NCBI GenBank assembly: GCA_963665815.1
Contig: OY762463.1
Span: 1,440,001-1,504,000 of the forward strand
Reading direction: 5' to 3'
Origin: Candidatus Cloacimonadales bacterium
GTDB lineage: Bacteria; Cloacimonadota; Cloacimonadia; Cloacimonadales; JAIOQZ01
DNA length: 64,000 bases
In this document: one piece after another, positions 51,022 through 62,128 of the stretch
How positions within the stretch are numbered: position 1 is the first letter of the stretch
Layout of the letters: every line of letters begins with the position of its first letter
Translations under genes and position numbers: made by a program
The notes under the pieces: generated by a model
What the model saw: the letters and a program-made list of their open reading frames with translations, nothing else
What the model was told of the DNA's origin: nothing
The model's database searches: none

Positions 51022-52428
51022 ATGGTACTTGACACAACAGGTCTTAAATCATTCATCCCGAATGACAAAATCTTTGAGGATCTTGCAAAAGCAAAGAATC
51101 CTGACAGATTACAAATCAAGGATATTATCCAGAAATCACTGGATAAAAACCGTCTTGATCCATTTGAAATGGCATGTCTGATAAACGCTACCGACGAAGA
51201 TCTTGTAGAAGAAATAAAACAGGGAGCACGTACACTTAAAGAAAGAGTATACGGCAACAGAATCGTCCTTTTTGCTCCTCTTTATGTTGGAAACGACTGT
51301 ATTAATGACTGTGTATACTGCGGATTCAGATCTTCAAATACTGAAGCTGAAAGAAACACTCTCACCATGCAGAAACTCGGTATGGAAGTTGAATCACTGG
51401 TGGATAATGGACACAAACGACTGATCATGGTATACGGTGAACACCCTAAGTACGATGCTCAATTCATTCATGACACAGTAATGAAAGTCTATGCTACTAA
51501 GAAAGGAAACGGGGAAATCCGTCGCGTTAATATCAACGCAGCTCCACTTGATGTAGAAGGCTACAAAATTGTTAAAAAAGCCGGAATTGGTACTTACCAG
51601 ATTTTCCAGGAAACATACCACGAAGAAACTTACAAACAAGTTCACCCTCGCGGACCTAAGAGCAACTATCTGTGGAGACTTCACGGTCTGGACAGAGCTA
51701 TGGAAGCAGGAATTGATGATCTTGGAATCGGTGCTCTCATGGGCTTGTATGACTGGCGTTTTGAAGTAATGGGACTGCTTTATCACACAATGCACCTTGA
51801 AGAACGCTTTAACATTGGACCTCATACCATTTCATTCCCAAGAATTGAACCTGCTTTTAATACCGATTTCACCAAACGACCACCTCATCTTGTATCAGAT
51901 GATGACTTCAAAAAACTGGTTGCTATTCTTCGACTTGCGGTTCCATACACCGGACTGATTCTCACTGCTCGTGAGCCGATTGACATCCGTAATGAAGTAA
52001 TCAATTATGGTGTATCCCAAATAGATGCAGGATCAGCTATCGGTATTGGAGATTACTCTTCAGAAGACCATACCAACAAGAAAGAGCAGTTCACACTATC
52101 AGATTCCAGAACACTTGATGAAGTAATCAAAGAACTTGCAGACCATAACTTTATTCCTAGTTTCTGCACAGGTTGTTACAGGCTTGGACGTACAGGTGAA
52201 CACTTCATGGAATTTGCCATTCCGGGATTCGTTAAACGATATTGCTCTCCTAATGCAATCCTTACATTCCTCGAATATGTTGAAGACTATGCTACTCCTG
52301 AATCAAGAGCTTCAGGAATCAAACTTATTGAAAGAGAACTTGAAAAGCTTGAAGACAGCAAAATGAAAGCTGAAGTTGAAAGCAGAATCCAGAGGATTAA
52401 AAACGGTGAAAGAGACTTATACTTCTAA
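51022..52428 (+). CDS. hydG: [FeFe]-hydrogenase maturase HydG
   Basis: YGNRIVLFAPLY, CINDCVYCGF, PSFCTGCYR...C. Confidence 0.95.
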   Translation: MVLDTTGLKSFIPNDKIFEDLAKAKNPDRLQIKDIIQKSLDKNRLDPFEMACLINATDEDLVEEIKQGARTLKERVYGNRIVLFAPLYVGNDCINDCVYCGFRSSNTEAERNTLTMQKLGMEVESLVDNGHKRLIMVYGEHPKYDAQFIHDTVMKVYATKKGNGEIRRVNINAAPLDVEGYKIVKKAGIGTYQIFQETYHEETYKQVHPRGPKSNYLWRLHGLDRAMEAGIDDLGIGALMGLYDWRFEVMGLLYHTMHLEERFNIGPHTISFPRIEPAFNTDFTKRPPHLVSDDDFKKLVAILRLAVPYTGLILTAREPIDIRNEVINYGVSQIDAGSAIGIGDYSSEDHTNKKEQFTLSDSRTLDEVIKELADHNFIPSFCTGCYRLGRTGEHFMEFAIPGFVKRYCSPNAILTFLEYVEDYATPESRASGIKLIERELEKLEDSKMKAEVESRIQRIKNGERDLYF

Positions 52429-53830
52429 AGAGATAAGAACACAAAAAATGGATGATAGCGAAGTCCCGGCAAACTCAATGTACGGATCGCAGACCTGTAG
52501 AGCATTGGATAACTTTGGGGTATCTCCAGAGAAGATGTACACTATGTTCATCAAGGCTTTTGCTTATGTGAAACAGGCCTGTGTCAGAACAAACAGTCTG
52601 CTTGGCTATATGAATCAGGAAAAAGCTGATCTGATAGAAGCAGTTTGCAAAGAGATCATTGCGGGAGAACATCATGATGAATTTGTTGTCTCTCCTTTCC
52701 AGGGTGGAGCAGGAACTTCGACTAACATGAACTTCAATGAGGTTATAGCGAACTTAGCCAATGCGAAAGCTGGGCAAGCTAAAGGAGAATTCAGTTATAT
52801 ACATCCTCTGAAAGATGTTAATATGCATCAGTCAACGAACGATGTTTATCCTACATCACTGAAAGTCGCAATACTCCTGTATCTTAAAGAGTTGGAAAAG
52901 AGCATAACCTTTTTACAGGAAGCCTTGCAGGAGAAAGAGCGTGAGTTTCAGAATGTTGTTAAGACCGGCAGAACCCAACTCCAGGATGCAGTTCCCTTGA
53001 CTCTTGGAATGGAGTTCAGTGCATATTCAGATGCAATAGCCCGTGACAGGTGGCGTATCTTTAAATCGAGAGAAAGAATTAAAGTTGTGAATCTTGGTGG
53101 GACAGCTATTGGAACCGGACTTGGAGCACCACGAAAATACATCTTCAAAGTTACTGAAGTGTTGAGAAGACTTACTGGACTTAATCTTGCCAGAGGTGAA
53201 AATCTGGTTGATGCAACCCAGAATGTCGATGCTTTTGCAGAAGTTTCCGGAATGCTCAAGGCTTTTGCGGCAAACCTGTTCAAGATTGCGAATGACCTTC
53301 GACTGCTGAGCAGTGGACCTCAGGGAGGACTTGGAGAAATTAATCTACCCAAAGTGCAGAAGGGATCAACAATCATGCCGACAAAGGTAAATCCGGTAAT
53401 TCCGGAGTTTGTTGCTCAATCAGCCCTGCAGGTAATGGGAAATGATGCAGTTATAACTCAGGTAACTGCACTGGGAAATCTTGAGCTGAACCAGTTTCTG
53501 CCACTGCTTACACATAACATCATGCAGTCGCTGGAGCTGCTGAATACTGCTTCTATCAAATTCAGAACGCATTGTATTGACGGTATTACAGCCAATGAAG
53601 AAGTATGCAGGCAAAAATTGTATAATTCTCCTATAATTGCAACTGTTCTTGTCCCGGTTCTTGGATACGATAAAGTGGAAGAAATTGTAACGGAAGCAGG
53701 TAAGAATAAACAATCAATAAGCGAATATCTAACAGAAAACAAGATAATCAGTGAAGAAAAAATCCAGGAGATTCTGTCTCCTACAAAAATGTACAAATTA
53801 GGATATACGGATGATGAATTACGATTTTAA
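52376..53830 (+). CDS. aspA: Aspartate ammonia-lyase (start codon uncertain, 52376-52448)
   Basis: YGSQT.RAL.NF, QGGAGTSTNMN, GRTQLQDAVP, GSTIMPTKVNPVIPE. Confidence 0.9.
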   Translation: MKAESRGLKTVKETYTSKEIRTQKMDDSEVPANSMYGSQTCRALDNFGVSPEKMYTMFIKAFAYVKQACVRTNSLLGYMNQEKADLIEAVCKEIIAGEHHDEFVVSPFQGGAGTSTNMNFNEVIANLANAKAGQAKGEFSYIHPLKDVNMHQSTNDVYPTSLKVAILLYLKELEKSITFLQEALQEKEREFQNVVKTGRTQLQDAVPLTLGMEFSAYSDAIARDRWRIFKSRERIKVVNLGGTAIGTGLGAPRKYIFKVTEVLRRLTGLNLARGENLVDATQNVDAFAEVSGMLKAFAANLFKIANDLRLLSSGPQGGLGEINLPKVQKGSTIMPTKVNPVIPEFVAQSALQVMGNDAVITQVTALGNLELNQFLPLLTHNIMQSLELLNTASIKFRTHCIDGITANEEVCRQKLYNSPIIATVLVPVLGYDKVEEIVTEAGKNKQSISEYLTENKIISEEKIQEILSPTKMYKLGYTDDELRF

Positions 53831-54890
53831 AAATCTATCAAAACAACAAATGATCGAGGTTTTTCAATCCGAAGATCAAGCTCTTATAGAGGAGCTTTAC
53901 AGGCAGGCTTATGCTGTAAAAGAACAGCATGTAGGCAAGAAAGTATATTTCAGAGGAATAATCGAGCTTAGTAATATCTGCGATAAGGACTGTTTTTATT
54001 GCGGTATCAGGAAAAGCAACAGCAAAGTAAACAGATATTTCATGAAGAAAGAAGAGATCCTGGAAGCAGCAGAATGGTCCTGGAAGATGAATTACGGGTC
54101 AGTAGTGCTGCAGTCCGGAGAACGTTGTGACAAAGAGTTTGTAGACTATATTGAAGACCTTCTGATCAACATCAAAAAGCTGTCCAATCAGGAGCTGGGA
54201 ATCACACTTTCTCTGGGTGAACAATCAAAAGAAACCTACAGAAGATGGTTCGAAGCCGGTGCAACAAGATACCTGCTGAGAATTGAGTCCAGCAATGAAG
54301 AACTGTACAAAAGTTTGCATCCTGCAACACACGATCATACAGAGAGACTTAGATGTCTGGAATACTTGCGTGAAACGGGTTATCAGGTTGGAACAGGAGT
54401 AATGATCGGACTGCCTAATCAGACTTACGAAGATCTGGTTAACGACATCATGTTCTTCAAGGAACACGATATTGATATGATTGGAATGGGACCTTATGTT
54501 GTGCATCAGGATACTCCTTTGGCGAATTCAATGCCTGATTATGACAAGAAAATTCAGCTTGGAAAAGCTCTGAAGATGATCTCCTTGACTCGTATGTTCC
54601 TGAAGGATGTCAATATTGCCTCCACAACAGCTTTGCAGGCACTTGATCCGCTAGGAAGAGAGTATGGGCTCAAAGCCGGGGCGAATATTATCATGCCCGT
54701 TCTTACAGATACTAAATACAGAGAAAAGTACCTTTTATATAATGACAAACCATGTGTTGATGAAAATGCAACCATGTGCAGAGCATGTCTGGAGAACAGA
54801 ATTGAATCTGTTGGTGAAACAATAGGCTATGGGGAACTTGGTGATTCTCCTCACTTTAAGGCAAGGAGTAAAGATGCCGGCAATACCTAA
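53811..54890 (+). CDS. hydE: [FeFe]-hydrogenase maturase HydE
   Basis: RGIIELSNICDKDCFYCGIR, RYLLRIE, GMGPY, GANIIMP, Y.LY.DKPC. Confidence 0.93.
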   Translation: MMNYDFKNLSKQQMIEVFQSEDQALIEELYRQAYAVKEQHVGKKVYFRGIIELSNICDKDCFYCGIRKSNSKVNRYFMKKEEILEAAEWSWKMNYGSVVLQSGERCDKEFVDYIEDLLINIKKLSNQELGITLSLGEQSKETYRRWFEAGATRYLLRIESSNEELYKSLHPATHDHTERLRCLEYLRETGYQVGTGVMIGLPNQTYEDLVNDIMFFKEHDIDMIGMGPYVVHQDTPLANSMPDYDKKIQLGKALKMISLTRMFLKDVNIASTTALQALDPLGREYGLKAGANIIMPVLTDTKYREKYLLYNDKPCVDENATMCRACLENRIESVGETIGYGELGDSPHFKARSKDAGNT

Positions 54891-56073
54891 AGGTGAACGT
54901 TGTAACATTGCTATCATTGGTAAACGTAACGCAGGGAAATCTTCTCTGATAAACGCCATGACAAGTCAGGATATATCTATTGTATCCAATACTCCCGGAA
55001 CAACAACTGATCCGGTTAAGAAGAATTATGAGCTGCTGCCCATTGGACCGGTTTCTATAATTGATACAGCAGGGATAGATGACCTTGGTGAGCTTGGGGA
55101 GAAGCGTGTGAAGTCAACACGTAAAGTACTCTGGCGAACAGATATTGCTCTTGTTGTAACAGATGAACACGGAATAACCGATGATGTAAAAGCAATCATT
55201 GAGGAAGTGCAAAATCTTAACATAACCACAATGGTTGTGTTTAACAAGAATGATATTGCAGATGTAGACAAGTCTAATAAAGACTACTGTAGATCACTTG
55301 GTTTGCCTTATATCTCAGTTTCCAGTATATCAGGAAAAAACATCCGAGATTTGAAAGAAAAAATGGCTGATCTGGTTCCGACGGAGTTTCTTGCTGAACG
55401 AGTTCTTGTCGGTGATCTGGTTAACCCCGGGGATCAGGTTGTGCTGGTTGTTCCCATTGACTTAGCTGCCCCTAAAGGCAGACTGATAATGCCGCAGGTT
55501 CAGGTATTGAGAGAAATCCTTGATAACGATGCAATAGGTATTATGGTTAAAGAACGTGAGCTGGAAGACTCTCTCATGAAGCTGAAAGATCCACCAGACT
55601 TGATTATTACTGACTCTCAGGTGATCCTTAAGGTTGACGGAGATGTACCGGAAGAGATTCCTCTGACAACATTCTCAACGCTTTTTGCACGCTATAAAGG
55701 AGAACTTAACATGCTTGTTGATGGTGCATCTGCAATTGATAAGCTGGAAGACGGAGACAAGGTTGTTATAGCTGAATCCTGTTCCCATCATGTTCAGGCT
55801 GATGATATTGGTAGAGTCAAGATTCCCCGGTGGTTGAGACAGTATACCGGTAAGGATATTAAGTTTGATGTATACTCAGGTCATGATTTCCCGGATAATC
55901 TGGAGGAGTATAAGCTTGTGCTTCATTGTGGTGCATGTATGACAAACAGAATGGAGATGATCCGCCGTATGCGCGAGTGTAACCGTCGAGGTGTCCCAAT
56001 AACCAATTACGGAGTTGCAATATCCAAGCTCCATGGAGTACTGGATAGAGTAATCAAACCATTTTATAAATAG
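54874..56073 (+). CDS. hydF: [FeFe]-hydrogenase maturation GTPase HydF
   Basis: ATG 54874 after AAGGAG; GKRNAGKSS, PGTTTDPV, DTAG, ESCSHH, HCGACM, TNYG. Confidence 0.95.
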   Translation: MPAIPKGERCNIAIIGKRNAGKSSLINAMTSQDISIVSNTPGTTTDPVKKNYELLPIGPVSIIDTAGIDDLGELGEKRVKSTRKVLWRTDIALVVTDEHGITDDVKAIIEEVQNLNITTMVVFNKNDIADVDKSNKDYCRSLGLPYISVSSISGKNIRDLKEKMADLVPTEFLAERVLVGDLVNPGDQVVLVVPIDLAAPKGRLIMPQVQVLREILDNDAIGIMVKERELEDSLMKLKDPPDLIITDSQVILKVDGDVPEEIPLTTFSTLFARYKGELNMLVDGASAIDKLEDGDKVVIAESCSHHVQADDIGRVKIPRWLRQYTGKDIKFDVYSGHDFPDNLEEYKLVLHCGACMTNRMEMIRRMRECNRRGVPITNYGVAISKLHGVLDRVIKPFYK

Positions 56074-56083
56074 ATATAGTATG

Positions 56084-56160
56084 GAAACCTGTCGGCAATG
56101 GCAGGTTTTCGTTACACAATAAAAAAAACCAGCCCTCTGAATGAAGGCTGGTTTAATTTT
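56084..56160. terminator. Two stem-loops between convergent hydF and the large surface protein gene
   Basis: GAAACCTGTC-GGCAAT-GGCAGGTTTTC and AAAAAAAACCAGCC...GGCTGGTTT. Confidence 0.7.
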
Positions 56161-56199
56161 TATGTTGTTAGACCATTTAGAAGGTCTGAAACATCTGAG

Positions 56200-59100
56200 T
56201 TATTTAAGCATCAGCATTTTCTTAGTTTGTGATACTTCAGAGGTTTGCAGTCTGTAGAAGTATACTCCACTTGATACTGAGTTTCCTCTGTCATCTTTAC
56301 CATTCCAGGTAACCTTGTGGTTATCTGCTTCCATTTCTTCACTTACAAGCGTTCTTACTTTCTGTCCGTTAATATTGTAGACAGCAAGTTCTACGTTTCC
56401 GGCTTTCTTAAGTGAGAATTCAATGTGTGTAGTAGGATTGAATGGGTTAGGATAGTTACCTTTAAGTTCTGTAACAAGATTTACATCATCAGGATCGTTT
56501 GCAACTTCTTCAAATGTGAAATCAAAATCTGGAGCTGCTGCGGTACCTGTTTCATATACTGCTGTGATTGTAGCAGTAAGTTGTTCTCCAATGTTAAATC
56601 CTGTCACTGTGAAGAATGTATCTGATGTTGTTTGATTAATAATATCAATTTCAACTCTGAAATACATGAATTGACGTTCGTCTTCTTCATTATCAGAATC
56701 TCTTTCAACATAAGATGATCCTTCAACAAGTGCTGATTCTCCATCTGTTCTTGTTCCGTACAGTCTGTCTCCATGCTGCCATACAAGGATACGATCATTA
56801 TTAAGCCATTGAACGTTTGTAGGAGCAATAAGGATTTCATCAAGAGTAACATCAACAGGAGTATTGTCACCATTTACAATAACAATATTCTGTTGTTCGT
56901 GAATGTTACAGTCCGGAAGTGAAGCTGTAAGATTGTATGTTCCCGGAAGAACTTCGCTGAGAAGAACAACACCGGTATCATCAGATGTCTCTGTATATGT
57001 GTTTGTTCCGTCAGTAAGTTCTACAACTGCACCGGCTGGTGAACTGAGATTGGTTGTGATGTTAACAGTAAAGTGACCGTATTCGTTGAGAATAATATCA
57101 AGATCAACTGTTGCATCCGCTGCGATAACTACGTTAGATTCAGTTTGATCAATATATCCGTCTTTAGTTGCATTAACAGTATATGTTCCCGGAGTAACCT
57201 GTACAAATGTGTAGTTACCCTGAGCATCTGTTGTTGTTGTAATAGCAAGTTGTTCGATTTCAACAAGAGCTCCGGCAACTTCAACATTAGCATGATCGTA
57301 AACAGTACCCATGAGGATTGCTCCCTGAGTCATAGTGAAGTCAACGTTTGTGAGGTTGTCCTGAGTTACTACGACATTAGTTTGTGTATTATTATCGTAG
57401 TTTGTAAGACTTGCAGTTACTGTGTAGGTCTCAACAGGAACATTGAGGAATTGATAGAATCCATTATTACCTGTATATTGTACAGTCTGAAGTTCTTCAA
57501 TCAGTACTTGAGCGTTAAACAGTGGGTTTCCATTGATATCACGTACATAACCTTGAATACCTGTTTGTGATGGCTGAACATCAACAGGAAGTGGAGCTGA
57601 ATTATCATTACCAGGACCTTCGTCGTTAGCAAGAACAACTTTACCGAAGATATTCTGATTACCTTCCATACCATTTTGTGGAGTCCAGGTGATCACGTAA
57701 TCAAGAATTTGATTGTTTGCAATTGTTGTACCTGCAACAGTTCCAAGTTCAGTATCCGGAGCAAGCATGAGTTTTACATCATATGTAGATTGAGTATTCA
57801 GACCGTTGTTTCTTACAGAGATTGTATAGTCAGAAGGTGATCCAACCATTGGAGTTGTGTTACCAACAACAGTGATTACTGTAAGATCATCGTTTGGTGG
57901 AGTTGTAATGTTAATACCGACATCATCAAGATACAAGTCAGGACCATATCCTGAGATACCATCAAACTTAACATAAATTGTCTGACCACTGTACTGATCA
58001 ATATTTATAGTTTCCTGTATAAATGTACCAGGAGTAGTGTTTCCTGCTCCGTCACTTGATTCGAACTGATCTCCCATTCTTGACCATACAACACTCCAGT
58101 TTGTCTGATCTGTAGAAATAGAAACTTCCATTGCATCATTCGGATAACTTGCATTATATGCATGAGACCATTTGAATACAAGATCAGCATTTCCTGTCAG
58201 AGCAATTGGAGGTGAGTAAAGTTCTGCATTACCAGTGCTCCAGCCCCAGAAGTTACAGTAAGCACTTCCTGAACCGCTATGTTCCGCCCATTGTTGAGTT
58301 CCACCCATATACCAGCCTCTTGTGTCAAGTGGCCATACGCTGAAATCTTCAGTCCATGGGAAGTTAACTACTGATGGGTCAGGTCTTGTTGTGTAAGACC
58401 AGACAGGGCAGCCAGTTGCATCACCGAGAGTGTTGTAAGGTACGATAGTCCAGTAGTATGTAGTTGCGAATGACAGATTGTTGTAATCATAAGTTAATAC
58501 ATTACCAATATCTGTTCCATCTTCAATATTTGTTGGTGGATTATCTGTTCCGAAGTAGATTTTATAACCTGTAGCTCCTGGAGCTCCACGCCAGCTCATT
58601 GTTCCACCTTCCATTACCGGATTTTCAGCATCCATTGGTGAATTTGGAATTGTGCATGAAGGTGCTACGTTATTATCGAATATTGTGAAATCATCTACAG
58701 ATATATCACTATAGAAGCTTGAAGAACCGATAGCTCTGAATCTGAATTGCAGGTCTGTTGAGCTATAAGTTGTAAGATCAATAGATCCTAAAGTCCAGGC
58801 AGGGCTGTAAGTGTAGCTTGCAACTCCCATGTTCCATGAACCGTTACTGTAAATGTCTATGTAGAATGTTGACTGTTCCTGAGCAGATTGGTCAGGATGT
58901 CCAATCCAGTAGTTAAATTCAACTACAGGATTTGTAAGAGCTGTGATATCATAAATCGTTGATGTTGCCCACGCTGAATCAACTCCGGTTCCACTATCTG
59001 TGAAATGAATGAAGTATCCTGTACCGGAAGTGTTATCAAATGTTGCACCATATGTTGATGATGTTGCAAGAGACCAGTTATCATTATCAAGATAGATTTC

Positions 59101-61758
59101 ATTATGCCAGTCTGCAAGCAATGTTGTATCTTCAAAAGCCATTACGTATGGGAATGTTGTGACAGTGGGATCACTTCTTGTTGTGAATGACCATACAGGA
59201 CAACCTGTTGCATCACCTATTGTATTATAAGGCACTACAGTCCAGTAATATGTTGTGCTGTAACTTAATCCTTCATATGAGTAATAGTATGAGGCACCGA
59301 GGTCTAAACCATCTTCAATATTTGTTGGAGGATTGTCAGTACCAACATATATTTTGTAACCTGTTGCTCCCTGTGCTCCCATCCAGCCAATACGACCGTA
59401 CTCAAGTAAATCATTTTCTGCATCTTGTGGATACTGAAGAGATGTACATGCCGGAGGAATGTTGTTGTCATATATAGCAAGATCATCAATACATATGTCA
59501 CTGTAAAAATCACTTCCTGTTGTTCCAACAAACTCTATCATAAATGGGTTAGCATTATAAGGAGTAAGGTCAACAGTTACATTATACCAGACATCTCCCT
59601 GATCCCCGGATATAGGTTGAATAACATCAGCAGTCACAGTTCCTGTAACTATGTCAATTACATTAACCTGTAATGTTCCCATTGTTTGACCATACATGTG
59701 ATACCAGAATTCAAATGTAGGAGCTGAAAGCCCTGACACGTTAAATGGGTTTGTTTTCATTTTGAAAAGCTGATTGTTGTTACCGGATGCTTCAGTATAC
59801 ATGAAGTAACCGGCTCCTGTTGTGTGGTCACCGGATTGTGGACCAGTAGCAGTAGATGATGTTGAAGTACCGTATGACCATGGATCCATATTAGTCGGAT
59901 CATCAATCCAGTTCATTGGTATTGCACCGGTTTCAAAGTCTTCAGAATATGGGAATGCAGAAATAATTGGATCTGCTCTTGTTGTGAATGACCATACAGG
60001 ACATGCAGTGGCGTCTCCATTTACATTATATGGTGTTACCATCCAGTAGTATGTTGTTCCGAATGAAAGACCTGAATAGTCGTAAGAAAGGGCTGCACCA
60101 ACATCAAAATGATCAACAATATTAGTTGGCGGGTTATCTGTACCAAGTGAAATTTTGTAATCTGTAGCACCTTGTGCACCACCCCACATCAATGTTCCAG
60201 TTTCAAGAACATCAACTGACATATCAGCAGGTATTGCAGCATTTGAACATCCCGGAGCGGTTGTATTGTCGTAGATTCCTACATCATCAATACTGATATC
60301 ACTGTAATAATCTGAACCTGTAGTTCCAATAAATTCAACCTGAAATTCCCCTGTATATGAAGATAAGTCGATAGATGCGCTATTCCATACATCTCCCTGA
60401 TCACCACTGATAGGTGTAATAACATCTGCATGTAATGTTGCTGTTGCAGGTTCATAAACATTTACCTGAAGAGATCCCATTGTTTGTCCATACATGTGAT
60501 ACCAGAATTCGAATACAGGAGCTGTAAGAGCTGATGTATTATAAGTTGGAGATGTCACTTTAAATACCTGATTTGTATTACCGGATGCTTCAGTATACAT
60601 GAAGTAACCGGCTCCTGTTGTGTGGTCACCGGATTGTGGACCAGTAGCAGTAGATGATGTTGAAGTACCGAATGACCATGGATCCAAATTTGCTGCATCT
60701 TCAACCCAGCAAGATGGAAGTACTCCACCTTCAAAATCTTCTGCCCATGGGAATGTTACGATTGTTCCACATTGAGTCTCAAATGTCCAGATTGCACCTG
60801 TAGTTGAAAGCCTTGTGGTTGAATTGTGAGTATCTACTCTCCATTCATAGTCAGTTAGTGTATTAAGACCATTATATGTATATGATCCTGTAGCCCCTGC
60901 TGCTGCACCTGTTACAACCTGAGTCATATTGCCGGCAGGACCAAACCACAAATCATAAGTCTCTGTGTCTGCTCCGAAATCCCATGTTAATGTACCATCC
61001 ACAAGTATACCTGTTGAACCTGATGGCGGATTAGGATTCTGAGCAAATTCAGGGTAACCTGCTTCTACCGTGTAGTATTTTATTGCGAGTTGATCTGAAA
61101 GATTTGATGCATCGTTAAAACAGTATTCAAGACCGATTGTTCCGTCACTGTTCTCGATACCTACTGTACATCCTGCCATATCGATTCCACCATTGAAAGA
61201 ATCATACTGCATGATGATTTGTCCATTGTCACGCATGATTACCTGAGCTTCGACAAATCCTGTACCTTCACCTGAGTATTCATGATAATTCATGAAAGAG
61301 ATTAAAAGAGCGTTTGTACCTTCAAAAGTGATATTTTCATAGTAGATTCCTGCATTATTTGCAGGTGTGGTAGTACTTACAGGATCTAAGTCATCCCAGA
61401 ACCAGGCAATCATATTATTTGGAACACCGGCAGTTGGGATTGTGTAGTTCGAAAGACTGTTTGAGTCATTTGAAAATGAAATAAATCCGTTTGAACTTAA
61501 ATAGAAATCCGTGTAAGATTGATCGTAAAACGGGAAACTGAATCCAATTGAGTAAGGTCCGTCAATTGAATCATCACTTAATGTTGTTATTGTGTTTGCA
61601 TTTACAGTATCTGGAGTTATCCAGCTGAATGCAGGACCGCTTGGGTCATTACTGTTTATCCATGAGTATCCATACGCATCAGGTCCCCCTGAAGTCTGCG
61701 CATACATAAACATAATGGATAACAGAAAAAATAAGACTACAACTAGTTTCTTATTCAT
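56200..61758 (-). CDS. Large secreted surface protein: MAM-like/FN3-like modules, CARDB, carboxypeptidase-regulatory-like repeats, FlgD-Ig CTD
   Basis: Signal peptide; GGPDAYGY; repeated GPQSGDHTTGAGYFMYTEAS...FWYHMYGQTMG...DISIDD; C-terminal NYPNPFNP...GVYFYRL...KKMLMLK. Confidence 0.9.
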   Translation of the reverse strand: MNKKLVVVLFFLLSIMFMYAQTSGGPDAYGYSWINSNDPSGPAFSWITPDTVNANTITTLSDDSIDGPYSIGFSFPFYDQSYTDFYLSSNGFISFSNDSNSLSNYTIPTAGVPNNMIAWFWDDLDPVSTTTPANNAGIYYENITFEGTNALLISFMNYHEYSGEGTGFVEAQVIMRDNGQIIMQYDSFNGGIDMAGCTVGIENSDGTIGLEYCFNDASNLSDQLAIKYYTVEAGYPEFAQNPNPPSGSTGILVDGTLTWDFGADTETYDLWFGPAGNMTQVVTGAAAGATGSYTYNGLNTLTDYEWRVDTHNSTTRLSTTGAIWTFETQCGTIVTFPWAEDFEGGVLPSCWVEDAANLDPWSFGTSTSSTATGPQSGDHTTGAGYFMYTEASGNTNQVFKVTSPTYNTSALTAPVFEFWYHMYGQTMGSLQVNVYEPATATLHADVITPISGDQGDVWNSASIDLSSYTGEFQVEFIGTTGSDYYSDISIDDVGIYDNTTAPGCSNAAIPADMSVDVLETGTLMWGGAQGATDYKISLGTDNPPTNIVDHFDVGAALSYDYSGLSFGTTYYWMVTPYNVNGDATACPVWSFTTRADPIISAFPYSEDFETGAIPMNWIDDPTNMDPWSYGTSTSSTATGPQSGDHTTGAGYFMYTEASGNNNQLFKMKTNPFNVSGLSAPTFEFWYHMYGQTMGTLQVNVIDIVTGTVTADVIQPISGDQGDVWYNVTVDLTPYNANPFMIEFVGTTGSDFYSDICIDDLAIYDNNIPPACTSLQYPQDAENDLLEYGRIGWMGAQGATGYKIYVGTDNPPTNIEDGLDLGASYYYSYEGLSYSTTYYWTVVPYNTIGDATGCPVWSFTTRSDPTVTTFPYVMAFEDTTLLADWHNEIYLDNDNWSLATSSTYGATFDNTSGTGYFIHFTDSGTGVDSAWATSTIYDITALTNPVVEFNYWIGHPDQSAQEQSTFYIDIYSNGSWNMGVASYTYSPAWTLGSIDLTTYSSTDLQFRFRAIGSSSFYSDISVDDFTIFDNNVAPSCTIPNSPMDAENPVMEGGTMSWRGAPGATGYKIYFGTDNPPTNIEDGTDIGNVLTYDYNNLSFATTYYWTIVPYNTLGDATGCPVWSYTTRPDPSVVNFPWTEDFSVWPLDTRGWYMGGTQQWAEHSGSGSAYCNFWGWSTGNAELYSPPIALTGNADLVFKWSHAYNASYPNDAMEVSISTDQTNWSVVWSRMGDQFESSDGAGNTTPGTFIQETINIDQYSGQTIYVKFDGISGYGPDLYLDDVGINITTPPNDDLTVITVVGNTTPMVGSPSDYTISVRNNGLNTQSTYDVKLMLAPDTELGTVAGTTIANNQILDYVITWTPQNGMEGNQNIFGKVVLANDEGPGNDNSAPLPVDVQPSQTGIQGYVRDINGNPLFNAQVLIEELQTVQYTGNNGFYQFLNVPVETYTVTASLTNYDNNTQTNVVVTQDNLTNVDFTMTQGAILMGTVYDHANVEVAGALVEIEQLAITTTTDAQGNYTFVQVTPGTYTVNATKDGYIDQTESNVVIAADATVDLDIILNEYGHFTVNITTNLSSPAGAVVELTDGTNTYTETSDDTGVVLLSEVLPGTYNLTASLPDCNIHEQQNIVIVNGDNTPVDVTLDEILIAPTNVQWLNNDRILVWQHGDRLYGTRTDGESALVEGSSYVERDSDNEEDERQFMYFRVEIDIINQTTSDTFFTVTGFNIGEQLTATITAVYETGTAAAPDFDFTFEEVANDPDDVNLVTELKGNYPNPFNPTTHIEFSLKKAGNVELAVYNINGQKVRTLVSEEMEADNHKVTWNGKDDRGNSVSSGVYFYRLQTSEVSQTKKMLMLK

Positions 61759-62076
61759 ACTTTTCTCCTTCTGTTATATAGTATTAGCGATATTACTTAA
61801 ATTCTTTCCTTTTGTGTAAAAATAATGTTGTTTTCCATTAATAGTCAAATAAAAAATTCCATTTATTGTTCTGTATTTAATACATAACATCAAAAGTTGA
61901 CACTTTACTTATCTTACCGAGACTACTTCAATCAACTTTCCTGACACTAATTTTTTTGAAACATTGCACCAGATATTGAGAAAAAAGTCCCATAAAGGCA
62001 CCGTCCCCCCATAAATGCTTCTCAAAAGGGAAGTCGAGCCCTCAAAGCTTAATTTAAAACTCAATTCCCCAATAAT

Positions 62077-62110
62077 TAAAAAACAGCCTCCCAAGATGAG
62101 AGGCTGTTGT
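62077..62110 (-). terminator. Terminator after the 62129 gene
   Basis: AAAACAGCCTC-CCAAGATGA-GAGGCTGTT, with a U-tract on the minus strand. Confidence 0.65.
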
Positions 62111-62128
62111 ATATTTTTGGACTTCTTA

